From Schizochytrium sp. TIO01 (lineage: Eukaryota; Protista; Bigyra: Labyrinthulomycetes): a DNA stretch of 64,000 nt. The stretch is from NCBI GenBank assembly GCA_004764695.1, contig SMSO01000005.1, positions 930,001 to 994,000 on the forward strand, read 5' to 3'. Under the pieces are notes generated by a model. The model was not told the origin of the DNA. It saw only the letters and a program-made list of their open reading frames with translations, and searched no databases. Positions 10,701-20,708 of this stretch are shown here, piece by piece; the stretch's first letter is position 1; the number at the start of each line of letters is the position of its first letter. A program made the position numbers and the translations under genes.

Positions 10701-11890
10701 GCTTCGATAGTATCAGCGGGGAAATGCCGGAAGCATAACGGGCATTCTGCTTCTCCTTCTCTAGGTACTTTCGATTGCGAAGGAGCCCCAACGTCATTAG
10801 CGCGCTGCTCTTTGATTCTTGCCCTTGCTCTTGCTTTCTTTGCCTCCAACTTTTCTTGCTTCTTCTTCTCTTTAGCTTCCCTTTTAGCTTTCTTTGCAGC
10901 AGCCGCTGCCTGTTTAGCTTTTCGAGCCGCTGCTGCTGACTCTGCTGACTTTGGTGAAGAGGAAGCACGCGGTGGCGGCGGAGGCGGTGGTGCCATCTGG
11001 TCAGACGAAGATGCTGACTTTGTTTGAGACACTGATTGTGATACGTCTAGTGCATTCGCCACCCGTTGGCGTTTCCTTGTTTCTGCAGCCTTTCCTGTTG
11101 TCGCGAACGGGTCCTTCGCCTTGCCAAAAGGGTCCCTGACACCACGACGTTTGCCTGTAGCAGTAGCTGCATTATCTTTAATAAAGTCGTTTTGCTCATA
11201 GCTCACTGTACGCTTTTCCTGGGCCCTCGCGCGAGTAGCTGCGTCTTGGCGCGCCTTTTCCTGGGCGAGAGCACGTTTCTGTGCAAGGGCTTTGCGTTCC
11301 TGATCCTCAGCATCCAACCTCACGCGAGCAACAAGCATCCGCATGAGTTGGAGTTTAATCTGTAGTTCATCCGCTCTCGAGTGGTCCTGGTCGTCTTCGG
11401 CTGCACGAGCTCTCAAGAGATTAGTGGCAGACCTTTCCACGAGCGCCGTCATCTGTTCGAGTCTCTTAAGCGAAACACTTTCGTCGGAGCCCTCCACGGA
11501 AATAAGTTTTGCCACGTCGGACTCATTCATGAAAGAAGAAAGCTTACGAACACTCCCGCGAGACTCCATTTGACGCTCTAGCTGCTGCACCACGTTACGT
11601 TCCACCTCGTCCGGATTGTATGCGCGAATGCCAAGCGCTTCAAGGCTGTTCAGAGTCGCTTGCCTGCCCACAAACTCGGAGCCTGCATCCTTGAGTAAGT
11701 TTCGGCCCTTTGTTTCAATTCGGACCGCGTCTTCATCCCCTTTGATCCCCTTCTTGTCTTCACGTGCCTCGACTACATCTTGGCGCCGCTCGCCGAGACC
11801 GCCGCCATTGCTATCATGACCACCCTGTGAGGAGAAGCGGCGCCCGGCGAGGCCGCCGCCGAAGACGAGGCCACCACCGGACCCATCCAT
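7772..11890 (-). CDS. ERCC6: Transcription-coupled repair SNF2 ATPase CSB/Rad26
   Basis: Motifs LFDYQR, GGILGDEMGLGKT, ILDEGHKVRNPDAEIT, SGSPIQNNLRELW, TTKVGGLGINLTGANRV and DWNPSTDMQARERAWRIGQ, the CSB-specific PTWTG..G motif, and a C-terminal winged-helix-like segment. Confidence 0.95.
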   Translation of the reverse strand: MDGSGGGLVFGGGLAGRRFSSQGGHDSNGGGLGERRQDVVEAREDKKGIKGDEDAVRIETKGRNLLKDAGSEFVGRQATLNSLEALGIRAYNPDEVERNVVQQLERQMESRGSVRKLSSFMNESDVAKLISVEGSDESVSLKRLEQMTALVERSATNLLRARAAEDDQDHSRADELQIKLQLMRMLVARVRLDAEDQERKALAQKRALAQEKARQDAATRARAQEKRTVSYEQNDFIKDNAATATGKRRGVRDPFGKAKDPFATTGKAAETRKRQRVANALDVSQSVSQTKSASSSDQMAPPPPPPPRASSSPKSAESAAAARKAKQAAAAAKKAKREAKEKKKQEKLEAKKARARARIKEQRANDVGAPSQSKVPREGEAECPLCFRHFPADTIEAHASRCSTRRSSKQAGAFNDEANADDDDENQINDDDLELSASDGSVSSLDSDSDDDDDEGVDNVDNTVSMLDDDDIEVINEGNNDNKGVGPSGKSTPRYVMDDLYDADFENRRLHSKQRNASWAYHWEQAIDQGKSEAEADAYSQEMEDAEVEAEDTAQRGESKYHRLVGGLRLPRRTWSRLFDYQRDAMEWFWDLHRKSTGGILGDEMGLGKTVQMGSFMGSLKCSNIMEPSIVTCPATTIAQWVSELNTWAPQTRIYVLHSSGRAMAEGGLSRARIIALAVKHKAILVTTYQGLRMSRDLLLRRRWGYIILDEGHKVRNPDAEITMVCKQFQTNHRIIMSGSPIQNNLRELWTLVDFVAPGLLGTLPMFERSFSIPINQGGYASANAAQVQAAYQCAKVLKETIDPHLIRRMKKDVAQSLPQKHEQIIFCNLTRVQRDAYKMFLARPEVDELIHSSRESKSRKTTFKLIRALQHICNHPDIYFEKLRQAASLKGKDAWEKVLVDDMDGLGGDGGWIKENPLERLVNRSGKMMVLRIIMRSWFQEGHRVLLFTQGRLMLDILQRFLQLEGYNYLRMDGTTQVSTRAKLINRFNDSREGIFVFLLTTKVGGLGINLTGANRVLIFDPDWNPSTDMQARERAWRIGQKREVTIYRLITGGTIEEKIYHRQIFKQYLSNKILTDARQSRFSKVSNMRDLFTLDESGGLATASEPSKTGKSFSMRKKKRVQQRQDAARSSEEPEELTADEVSASVAAAQRAVNAVGTETSDLFENSWAGGSSSSSSAPGNGNGQGNGDNNILQSLFDHSGFRQAFEHNVVERAAEATPDQRIVAEEAARIAQRAAEALRRDQERTRRDASNVHIPTWTGQSGDAGRFGGSASAELLQRLREQGSASTAAESHIQALLSNTDDPHMMFLRDLLEFLNAGPRPRSTDDILEKFGDHEARPDAELFRQMLRQLADLRNGRWIVKSGFQQQRG

Positions 11891-12378
11891 ATTCCCGACG
11901 CCACAACCAGCCGCAGCCGCAGCAACGGAGCGAGGGCTCTCAGCTCCGGTTCCGCGGGTCCTAATGCGGAATTGAATTTGAGTGAATTTGAGGTCGAAGT
12001 CGAATTCGAATTCAAGTATGCGAATACTGAAGTAGAACTGGCCTAAGTAGTTCTAAGCAGCACCACTCTGTATTCAAAAAAAACTCTTCAAGGAATGGAA
12101 TTCAATTTTCTAACTCTCTGAAAGCTTGAATTTGAACGTGGCTTCGAACTTGAGCTCGACTCCAAATCGCTATGGCGCCTTGATGCGCTGTCGCTCGGCT
12201 TCTGCTCTTCCCTTTGCGCTGAGCTCGCTGGCGGCCAGCGACTACGATGGGTGCGGTTCTGCTCGAATCGTACCGTGCGGTCTCTCTCAGGAGCAGAAGA
12301 AATATATGGTCAGACGGAACGCAAGCGGGAATGGGAGAAGGAATAGCCTAACCCGCATTGGGCAGCTAGATAAATAGC

Positions 12379-12445
12379 GTATAGAGGGCCGCAAGTGAAG
12401 TATAGAGGGCCGCAAGTGGAGTATAGAAGGTCGCAAGTGGCGTAT
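12379..12445. repeat. 21-bp minisatellite, about 3.2 copies (GTATAGAGGGCCGCAAGTGRM)
   Basis: Units start at 12379, 12400 and 12421, with a partial unit at 12442; identity decays rightwards. Confidence 0.9.
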
Positions 12446-13658
12446 TGGCCGTTGGCTGGACTTGCGAGGAGTTGACTTCTTGGACGAGGCGATGATGGAG
12501 GTCGGTTTGTGGTGGCGGCGGAGAGCAAAGACTTGGAGCCAGGGAAGAGAAGCTGCGCTTCAGAGGATGATCGGGGACGGCCTTCTGCGCCAGAGTCGAT
12601 GCCACGACGCGGAGCTTCTGCCTTCTGCGAGACGAAATTGAGGCAACGCAGAAAGACGAGCAGAGACTCAGTCCTGGTTTGTGGGACTGGGACGAAGGCG
12701 CGGAGACGTACGAGCTCTCTCGCCAGTCAGAGGTCATGAGAAACTCAAGCCAAAACAATCGCTCGCTCCTGGAGAGACTGAGAAGGGAAAGCGGAGAAGG
12801 AGGTTCCAGAGCGCAATGCTAAAGCCCTCGAAAAGAACTTTACATATGCTTCTGCAAGGTCTGGGCCGATGACTTGAAGAAACCTGGAGTTGATCCCTTT
12901 CGCGGTGGAGCTAGGTGATACATTTGCTTGGCAGCATTTTAGAAAAATGAAGGATGATATGTATACACTTTTAAGCAAGGCCAACTCAAGGGAATTGCTC
13001 AGTTTCGTTGAGATTAAATGGTGTGCCTAAGTGTATTGAATTATTCGAAACACAAATAATCACTCGTATAAGATCAGGTCGAGATAAATTTATCACCCGG
13101 ACTCCCGACTATCCCTGGTTTTTCTACAATCTTTGAATCGACTTTCTTGACCTTGCATGGGCAATGTGAATAGCTCAACAATCAAACATGAATCAAACAA
13201 ACATCGTTTTTTGGGGGGGAAGGCTTAGTACCGGGAAATAAAGTTGTCTATGACTCTTGAGTACTGTACTATAGTACCTTATGGAAGACATTATCCAATA
13301 TGATTTATATGCGGGATGTACATTAAAATACACCTTTCATGGATAAAATACACTATCGATCAAGCCAAAAAGAGTAAGGTGCGCTTGGCCACGCAGAGCA
13401 GCAAAACCAAGACAGGGCAAACTCTGTGCCGTGGAGGCCACTTCACAACGGGACCGCCACTCTGGAGGACCCAAAACTGGTAATACAGGGTTTATATTGG
13501 TGCTCTTCCCCCCTGCCACTGCTTGAGAAAAACCAGCGAAAATCGAGACTGAGATCGGCAGTTAGTTTGATAGTTGGCGGCTCGTGAGAAAGCAGCAGGT
13601 TGTTGCCTCAGAATATCGACAGGCCCCCCTTGCAAGACAATTTATAGCGCAGTATAAA

Positions 13659-14879
13659 ATGCCTGTGGCCAGCCACGAAGAAGAAAGCGTCATGGATGAT
13701 TCCTCGGAATCTGGAGGTGAGGGCCGCAGCCGCAGTGATGAGAGCAGCTCGAAAACTAGTGGAGAAAAACCTCGCAACGGGACGAAAAAATCCTCAGGGT
13801 CGCCCACCAAGTTGGTAGGACCCGAGGTGGAGCATAATATAGAGATTTCAAAGGTATCAGTGGGCACCTCAGGATACTTTCGTGAAGCTACGAATTGCCG
13901 TGAGTACCCATATGTGTTGTACCCAGTGAAGGTCCTGCAGATTGACAAAAAGAAGAAATCGACACCTTTCAAAGTTCATTTTCAGGGGTGGAAAACCAGA
14001 TACGATCGTTGGGTGGATGTAATTGTTGAAGATACTCCGCAAGTTCGTCAACGAAACCAACAGCTTAAGAGACTTGTGGCGAAAGCACTTAAGGAACAAA
14101 AGGCAGAGGAGTTGCGCAAGACAAAAAAGCTCAGCCGAGAGAGCTCTGGGTCTAGCCTTCGCAAGCGCAAGCGCTCGCGAACACGAGATGCTGAAGATGA
14201 TCTTGATGACGCAGATAAGGAACTTCATGACGGAAAGACACCTATGGAGGCTGCCCAGGAGGGTATTCTGCGTATTTCCATTCCAATTCCACTGAAGCGA
14301 TCGCTAATTGATGACTTTGAGCGTATCACCCAACGCCGCGCACTCGTGCGCTTGCCAAAGAAACATTCAGTGCACCAAATCCTTCAGGAGTTCTGTCGCC
14401 ACGCGTGCCAGCCTATGGGCCTTGCATCCAGTGTCGGCAAAGTTAGAGAGGAGGATCTTAAAGCTACTGTTGATGGACTTGCCATCCTGTTTGAGCGCGC
14501 TCTGGAGAGCAACTTGCTCTACGAGTTTGAGCTCTTGCAGTATGATGCTATCCGTGAACAGAATCCTGGCCACGAGGATGACCATCTTGTAGCGAAGCCA
14601 AACGCTGTGCGGAACGTGAAGGGAAAGCGACTTGTGCATATTTATGGCGCGGAGCATCTTCTTCGTTACATTTACTGTTTGCCAGAGCTTTTGCGAACAT
14701 CTGAGCTCTTGCCCAATGAGATTGACCTCTACCGTCGCATTCTTAATGGGCTCATGCGTTTTATCTCGAAGAACAGGGAACGCTACCTTACATCTGAGAG
14801 TTATGTGGAGGCTTCCCCTGAGTATATCGCAGTCTTGCAAGATTTCAAGCCTATTAAAGTGGAAGATGATGTTGCGTAA
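13659..14879 (+). CDS. EAF3: MRG-family chromatin protein (chromo-barrel + MRG domain; MRG15/MORF4L1/Eaf3)
   Basis: Chromo-barrel motifs LYPVKVL...FKVHFQGWKTRYDRWV. MRG-domain motifs IPIPLKRSLIDD, LVRLP, FERALESNLLYEFE and IYGAEHLLR. First ATG at 13659. Confidence 0.92.
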   Translation: MPVASHEEESVMDDSSESGGEGRSRSDESSSKTSGEKPRNGTKKSSGSPTKLVGPEVEHNIEISKVSVGTSGYFREATNCREYPYVLYPVKVLQIDKKKKSTPFKVHFQGWKTRYDRWVDVIVEDTPQVRQRNQQLKRLVAKALKEQKAEELRKTKKLSRESSGSSLRKRKRSRTRDAEDDLDDADKELHDGKTPMEAAQEGILRISIPIPLKRSLIDDFERITQRRALVRLPKKHSVHQILQEFCRHACQPMGLASSVGKVREEDLKATVDGLAILFERALESNLLYEFELLQYDAIREQNPGHEDDHLVAKPNAVRNVKGKRLVHIYGAEHLLRYIYCLPELLRTSELLPNEIDLYRRILNGLMRFISKNRERYLTSESYVEASPEYIAVLQDFKPIKVEDDVA

Positions 14880-15573
14880 ACCAAGGTGAATGGAGCGCGC
14901 ACTCGGAAAAAAGGTGCACCTGCCAACATAAGTAGCATGTTTGTTTGGCAGTCGAGCACCCTTGTTGCGTTTATCTAGGGAAGTGGAGTAACTCCTTCTA
15001 TCCAAGTAGCAGTTGTTGCAAGCAAGAATGCCAACCCGCCTAGCTCGCTCTCCATCGCAAACTCCCACGAAAGATAGGCGATCAATGCCTTCCACGTTGC
15101 TTAAAGGGCCAAAGGGGGCCCTGCATCACCCACTACCTTGCAAATAGCTAGAAGCAGTTTGTATCAATGCAATGTACTTACTTCCCCTCTATTATCTTTT
15201 ACACAAATGAAGTAGATGATGAAGAATTTTATAACTATAAAATGAAATCAATATTTTCCATATGTTATGTGTGTATCGTGACTTGTTTGTTTATAATGGT
15301 ACGACTTGTTTTTGACTTGGTTGCTAACCCTACTCAGGTCTTATCTTGTTGGTACATGCTGAGGAAATGAGCGTGAGCGCGACAGCAGGCACACTCCATA
15401 TACTTCTTTTTTTCTTAATAAATTGTGATATCTCCAACCAGAGAAGGAGAATCAAACGCAGCAAGAGAGAGAGAGAGAGAGGGAAGCTCTCAGAAATCGT
15501 GGTTGACAAGAAGAGCAACCGAAGGATTTAATAAAATGTACGTGTGGAAATAAATCCCAAGGGTAGAACATGC

Positions 15574-16861
15574 TTACTTGGCAGCGGCAAGCATATCTCG
15601 GCCAATATCGTATTTGCTATTGCAATATGAGCAAACAACCTCAAGCTCGTCGCTGTCTTCTTCGAAAAGATCATCATGATTATGAACCACACCAGAAAGT
15701 CGGTGGACCATTCGTTCCAAAGAGCACGGGCAGAAAAAGCTCACGGGCCTGATTGTAAAATGCTTCCCTCGAGCAGGATCATCACGTTCAACAACTTGAA
15801 AATCTTCAGGGAGGTCCGGCAATAGGGAGCGCATCCAATCAGCACCGTTTTCGCCAATGAGAGTATCAAGTCGTTCTGGAGAGTCAAAGGAGTCACGGAA
15901 CGAGTCGACAAGTTCTTCCGGGGAAGCTTCGCTTCCGACTAGACCTTGGATGGTCAAGCCCGCACAAAGTTCGACTTTGCCTTCGTTGGAAACCTTGGTA
16001 CGAACCAGCGAGAGAGTAGGGATTTGCTCGGACATTGTGAAAAATCTCTCCCAGAGTCTGTCCACGGACATGGGTCCATCACCTCCCACAGTGGAGATAT
16101 AAGGTTCCTCTTGATCGTAAAGAACCTTAGCAACCACCAGTGACCGAGGCAGAGGCTGAGTCCTCAGATCTTCAATATGAAAAGGCTCGGGAGGGAACGC
16201 GGCACGGACCACACCCGAGTGTGTTGACTCAACACGAGCCAGAGGCTTGCCATCGAGGTCACGAATGAGGGACTCGATTCTCTCGTCACCCTTTTGAAAC
16301 CCATTGAGTGCCACAGTACCTGCAAGTAGAGGCCCAAAGCAGGTTTGTGCCACGTTCTGCAGGCAGCTCGCATCCTTCTTTTCAGGCCATTCCCAGCGAG
16401 TCAATGCCTCGTTCAACGCATCAGTGCACCTTGTCAAGCTCACACGGCATCCGCGAAGCTCCGTACGGAGCAGGAAATCCCGAGCTGTGACATTGAAAAA
16501 GGTGAGAACCAAATGTGATGGTTGCACATTCACCACCGAGAAAGAGCAAAGCGCCGAAAGTAGTTTGATGTTTGATGCAGCGCATCAAAGTTGTCCCACA
16601 ACAAATGAAACATGCAAAAGTAGATGCAAGGCCCACATAGAAAAATACCAGCATTTCAGTTAGTCGTGACATTTCTCATCGTCAATGTCCTCACGCGTGC
16701 TCTTTCAAGGCGAAAGCTAACCTTCACAAGAGAACATCAAATCGCATTCCCGGTCTGTCTCGGTGGCCACGCCCAAATATCACGACGCAAGCCACGAAAA
16801 AACACCCTAGCTGGGCCCATGAAGCCAAGGACTTACTCTGATAGAAAGCCGCGCGACGCAT
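15574..16861 (-). CDS. hslO: Hsp33 redox-regulated chaperone (HslO family); two exons, 16861-16837 and 16484-15574
   Basis: C-terminal FFCPCS...VVCSYCNSKY zinc motif, FFTMSEQIPT and AGLTIQ. The ORF has no upstream ATG, but the phase-1 intron GTAAGT(16836)...TTTTTCAATGTCACAG(16485) joins the exons as MRRAAFYQTRDFLLRTEL (the T codon is split by the intron). Confidence 0.85.
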
Positions 16862-17639
16862 TTTAGTAGCACGCAAGTAAAAGTTGGTGTTCGCGTCTGC
16901 AAGGTCAGGGCAGCTGGCTAATTAGAGTCTGGCGTGAAGGTCTTCCCCTCCAGAAGGCAAGGAATACCCTCTATTTTAAATGTTTTTCTTCTTCTTCTTC
17001 TTGTTCTATTTAGGCCTAAACAAAATGAAATAGGTAATGAGTTCTACACTCCAGTTACCATCTCACCCTTACATAGGAACAACAATGATTGAAACTTAGT
17101 GTCAGAGATTAACGAATTCCCTCTCTTTTTTTCCTTCTCTCTTTTTCAAAAATTAAAAATTAAATTAATAGCTCTGGCTGAGGAGAATTTGCTACTAATA
17201 TGATAACAAAACATAGTACGTAGTACAACAAAAATGCGCCGAAGAGAGTGGTTGAAGCCGGAGTTGGCAAGATCGCTGGAGAAGAAGAGCGTCTCCTTCT
17301 CCCCACGCCGACTCGACACCTGCCTAGCTAGGCCGAATGCGAGCACCATCATCGTGATCACTGGGGTCACTTTTTTCAAGGTTTCGCAAACTCGAGGAGG
17401 AGGAGGAGGAGGAGAAGGGTGTGTTTCTAAAACTGTAGTGTCTTCCTGTTTCTTTCTTTTTTTTGAAGCCACTACCACCTAGCTACCGAGGTACCTATGG
17501 GTGCCAGGTACTAGCTAGCCAAGTGCTTTCTTTCTCTATGTTTTAAAGACGTCTGTTTCGTATTTCGCCTGTGTAAACTCACGCTTGCTGAAAAGAAATG
17601 CCTTTCCGCGAGGATTAACAGCAGCGAAAACGAAGAAGG

Positions 17640-17662
17640 CAATCAGTCAGTCAATCAGTCAG

Positions 17663-17731
<69 letters not shown>

Positions 17732-17736
17732 TAATC
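17640..17736. repeat. (TCAA)n microsatellite with TCAG variants at the left end
   Basis: Direct reading of the sequence. Confidence 0.95.
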
Positions 17737-18027
17737 GCCAGACACTGAGCTGGCAGCTCCGGGCCTGGGCCCTTCCTCCCCTTGTGAATCAAAGGAAAAC
17801 TCGCTCAAGGGCTTCGAAAGGTAGGAAAGCAGGACCGGAGACGCCTTCGCGAAAGGAGGTCGAGAAAGCGAGAGTGCTAAGCTCTCTCTGAGACAGGTTT
17901 GTTTGTTTATTTATTTATTTATTTTATTCTGCTATTTAGTTAGTTTCATACGTTCCATTTCGCCCTCTTTTCGAAGTTTCAAGTTGTTGTGGGATGGATC
18001 TCTGATTGATTTGAAATCACTCACCTC

Positions 18028-18117
18028 ATTTGATTTGAATTTGATTTGAATTTTATTTGAATTTTATTTGAATTTGATTTGAATTTGATTTGAATTTGAT
18101 TTGAATTTGATTTGATT
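18028..18117. repeat. 11-bp tandem repeat (ATTTGATTTGA)n, about 8 copies
   Basis: Direct reading; two adjacent units carry the same G>T variant (ATTTTATTTGA). Confidence 0.92.
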
Positions 18118-20708
18118 CTCCTCTTCGAGCTTCTCTTTCGAATTGATTAACAGACAGAGAGCGGAGGTTTGAACTTCTTGAAGTCGAGGTTGAGGAGGTT
18201 GAATTTCGAGACCAAATCCGCTTTCCAGGTCGCTCAAGCTCTGTCTTGGCAAGAATGCGCAGAGGAGGCAACCGCGAGATCGTCTTCTGCATGCCGAGGC
18301 CACGCGCGTAGTTGTTGCTTGCTTGCTTGCTTGCTCTGGAGAGAGAGCAGTCGCTGCCGCATGATTGGCCTCGAAGGGAGGGCGGTGGGCCACGAGGGCT
18401 TAAATTGGCCAGGAATTCAAAAACCAAAGAGCGATTGACGATGGCTGATGAGCAGTCGCTCCGTCGATTGGTTGGGCCATTCGCGGGAGGGAAAGCGAGC
18501 GAATTGGATCCAGCTGTCAGGAATGGCAGCGAGCTCGCACCTTGAAATGAGCTGAGCTGGGAGCTTAGCGCGGCGAGGCCCAGTGAGCCGGTTTCGAGCC
18601 CGAGTTCCGAGGGTGTCTTGGAAATTAATAAGTTAGTTTCAGGCCGTCTGTTGCTGAGGAGGTCCTTGCGGAAGGGGCCGTTTGCGGAATCCGAGGATGT
18701 CTACAGCAGCCCGCTTTCTTGACAATGATGATGGAGGTGGAGGTGCATTCAGAGCCACCGAAGAAGCACCGCTTGTGGGGTTCGAGGGCCTGCTGCTTCG
18801 AGTTGACGCAGCGGGCCCAGCTAGCCGTCAGATCCAAGTTCGTCAATCCCGTATCGCAGAGAACTGGCCACTTAGGATTTACCTCTAGAGCTTGGTATCG
18901 ATCAATGTTTCGAAGAGCCCGAAGCACTTGAATAGCTTGGGAAGAAAGCCGCCCCAACTCGAAGGCTGAGAGAGTTGCGCGAGTTAGACGCTGCTCCATG
19001 TTGAAAAGTTCAGTTAAGGGTACTGCGCTGGAAGCCAGGCAGAGCGGGATTCCCATTTGTAGGTAGACCTTTGCGTTCGAAGTAACGGGAGAAACATGGC
19101 CTAGAATGAATCGACTAAGCATACTTACTATCGTATTACTTACCCAGAAAAAGATACTACGTACCTGGTAAGTATGTTATCTACTCACCCCTCGGGGTGC
19201 AAGCTGAGCAGCTTCCGCTCGCTGATTACCGCCTGCACTCCAGGTCTGCACCGAGTTGAGGTGGCTGCGCTTTGGACGTTTGTCGACTGATTCGACGATT
19301 GATTGATCGATCGATTGATTGATTAATACATGGAGATGAATAACTTAACTGACTCAGACCGTCAAGACTCGGTTGGGAGGAAGAAGTATACTTCCTGCTT
19401 CGCCGCGCGTGGCGTAGGACGATCATGATTACATAATGGCCATGATCATTTCCTATCTTCATGGGTCATCGTGAGAGTAGTCTTGACCTGGCCATGAGAC
19501 AGCGGAGGAGCGAAGCCCGCGTGCCAAAACCTAAACAGCGAGGAGATGGAAATAACACCTACGCCACTTAGGTAACCAACCACCTGTGCTTCAAAAGTTC
19601 AAGATATTTCATAATTTCATCGACTTGTTCGGATCTATTCCTAGCCTGAGGCTCGTGAATCCATGAAATCAGCAAGTCTATACAATCCAGACTACCTAAT
19701 ACCCACCTAGCTAGCACTACTTCACGCTCTCACTCTCACTCACTACTCTAGCTAGAGGTAATCAGATAGTTAGTTAGAGGTAATAAGTTAAATTCTTTTC
19801 GCTTCGGTAAAACTCAACCTGAAGCCCAAACAATCGCTCATTACTTTCGATGGAACTGACTCATTGTCATGTTCTTGAAGTCAAGATCTTGAAACCTTGC
19901 TTTGCTCTCTTGGTAGCACGGGTCGAGGTCTTCTGAGAAAGGTTTTGCTCGTGCAATTGCAAGAAAAAATGAATGAACTTCGATTCGAAGAACTTCAAGT
20001 TCACGCCACTTCATAAAAAAACGTTTGGCATACACACAACCATTACAATCTAGTCAAGGAACATCAAAGCCTGGCCATCGAGATGTTTTTCATCGGGGGC
20101 ATTCACTAGTGCTAGTAAGTACTATTAAGTACTAGTGCGGAATAAATGCACATACATAGGGAAGGATCTGCAAGACACTCCAGAATTAGTGCGCTCATGT
20201 ACTACCTGCTGCTACAAACTATTGGAAATTTTCGAGATTAAGCCCCAAGATCCACAATCGATTCTGGACTCTGATGGCTCTTCGTTCCTTGCAATTGCAC
20301 ATCTTCTAGTTTCATATTTTCAGCACTCACCTTAAGATGCATCTCCTCACGAATGTGACAAACTTATGTATCCGTCACAAAGCTTATGGCTGAGAGACCT
20401 GGCAACACTTTCCCGCCTTAATATAGCTGTAATTGAAACAACTATACTATGTAATTATCCACCTAAAAGGGTTCAATTAAGGTGGAACCTAAGTAGCAGC
20501 TGGGTGGCCATGGTGGAGACCCAATCGATGGCGCGCGAATTCAATTCGAGAGCGGCACGCTGGAGGCGAAGGAGGTCCGCTCTGAAGACAGCGGTCGACC
20601 TCATTCTATCAAATTGATCCCAAGCTCGAAATATTTGCGTTATTTTAGCGCAACAGGCTGTGCTTGCAGGTCTGAGTAGAGCTATCTGCCTAACTTTGAA
20701 CTACCACC

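Noticed and set aside
12379-12445. CRISPR-like array
   Set aside because: Head-to-tail repeats without spacers, eukaryotic context, and no cas genes.
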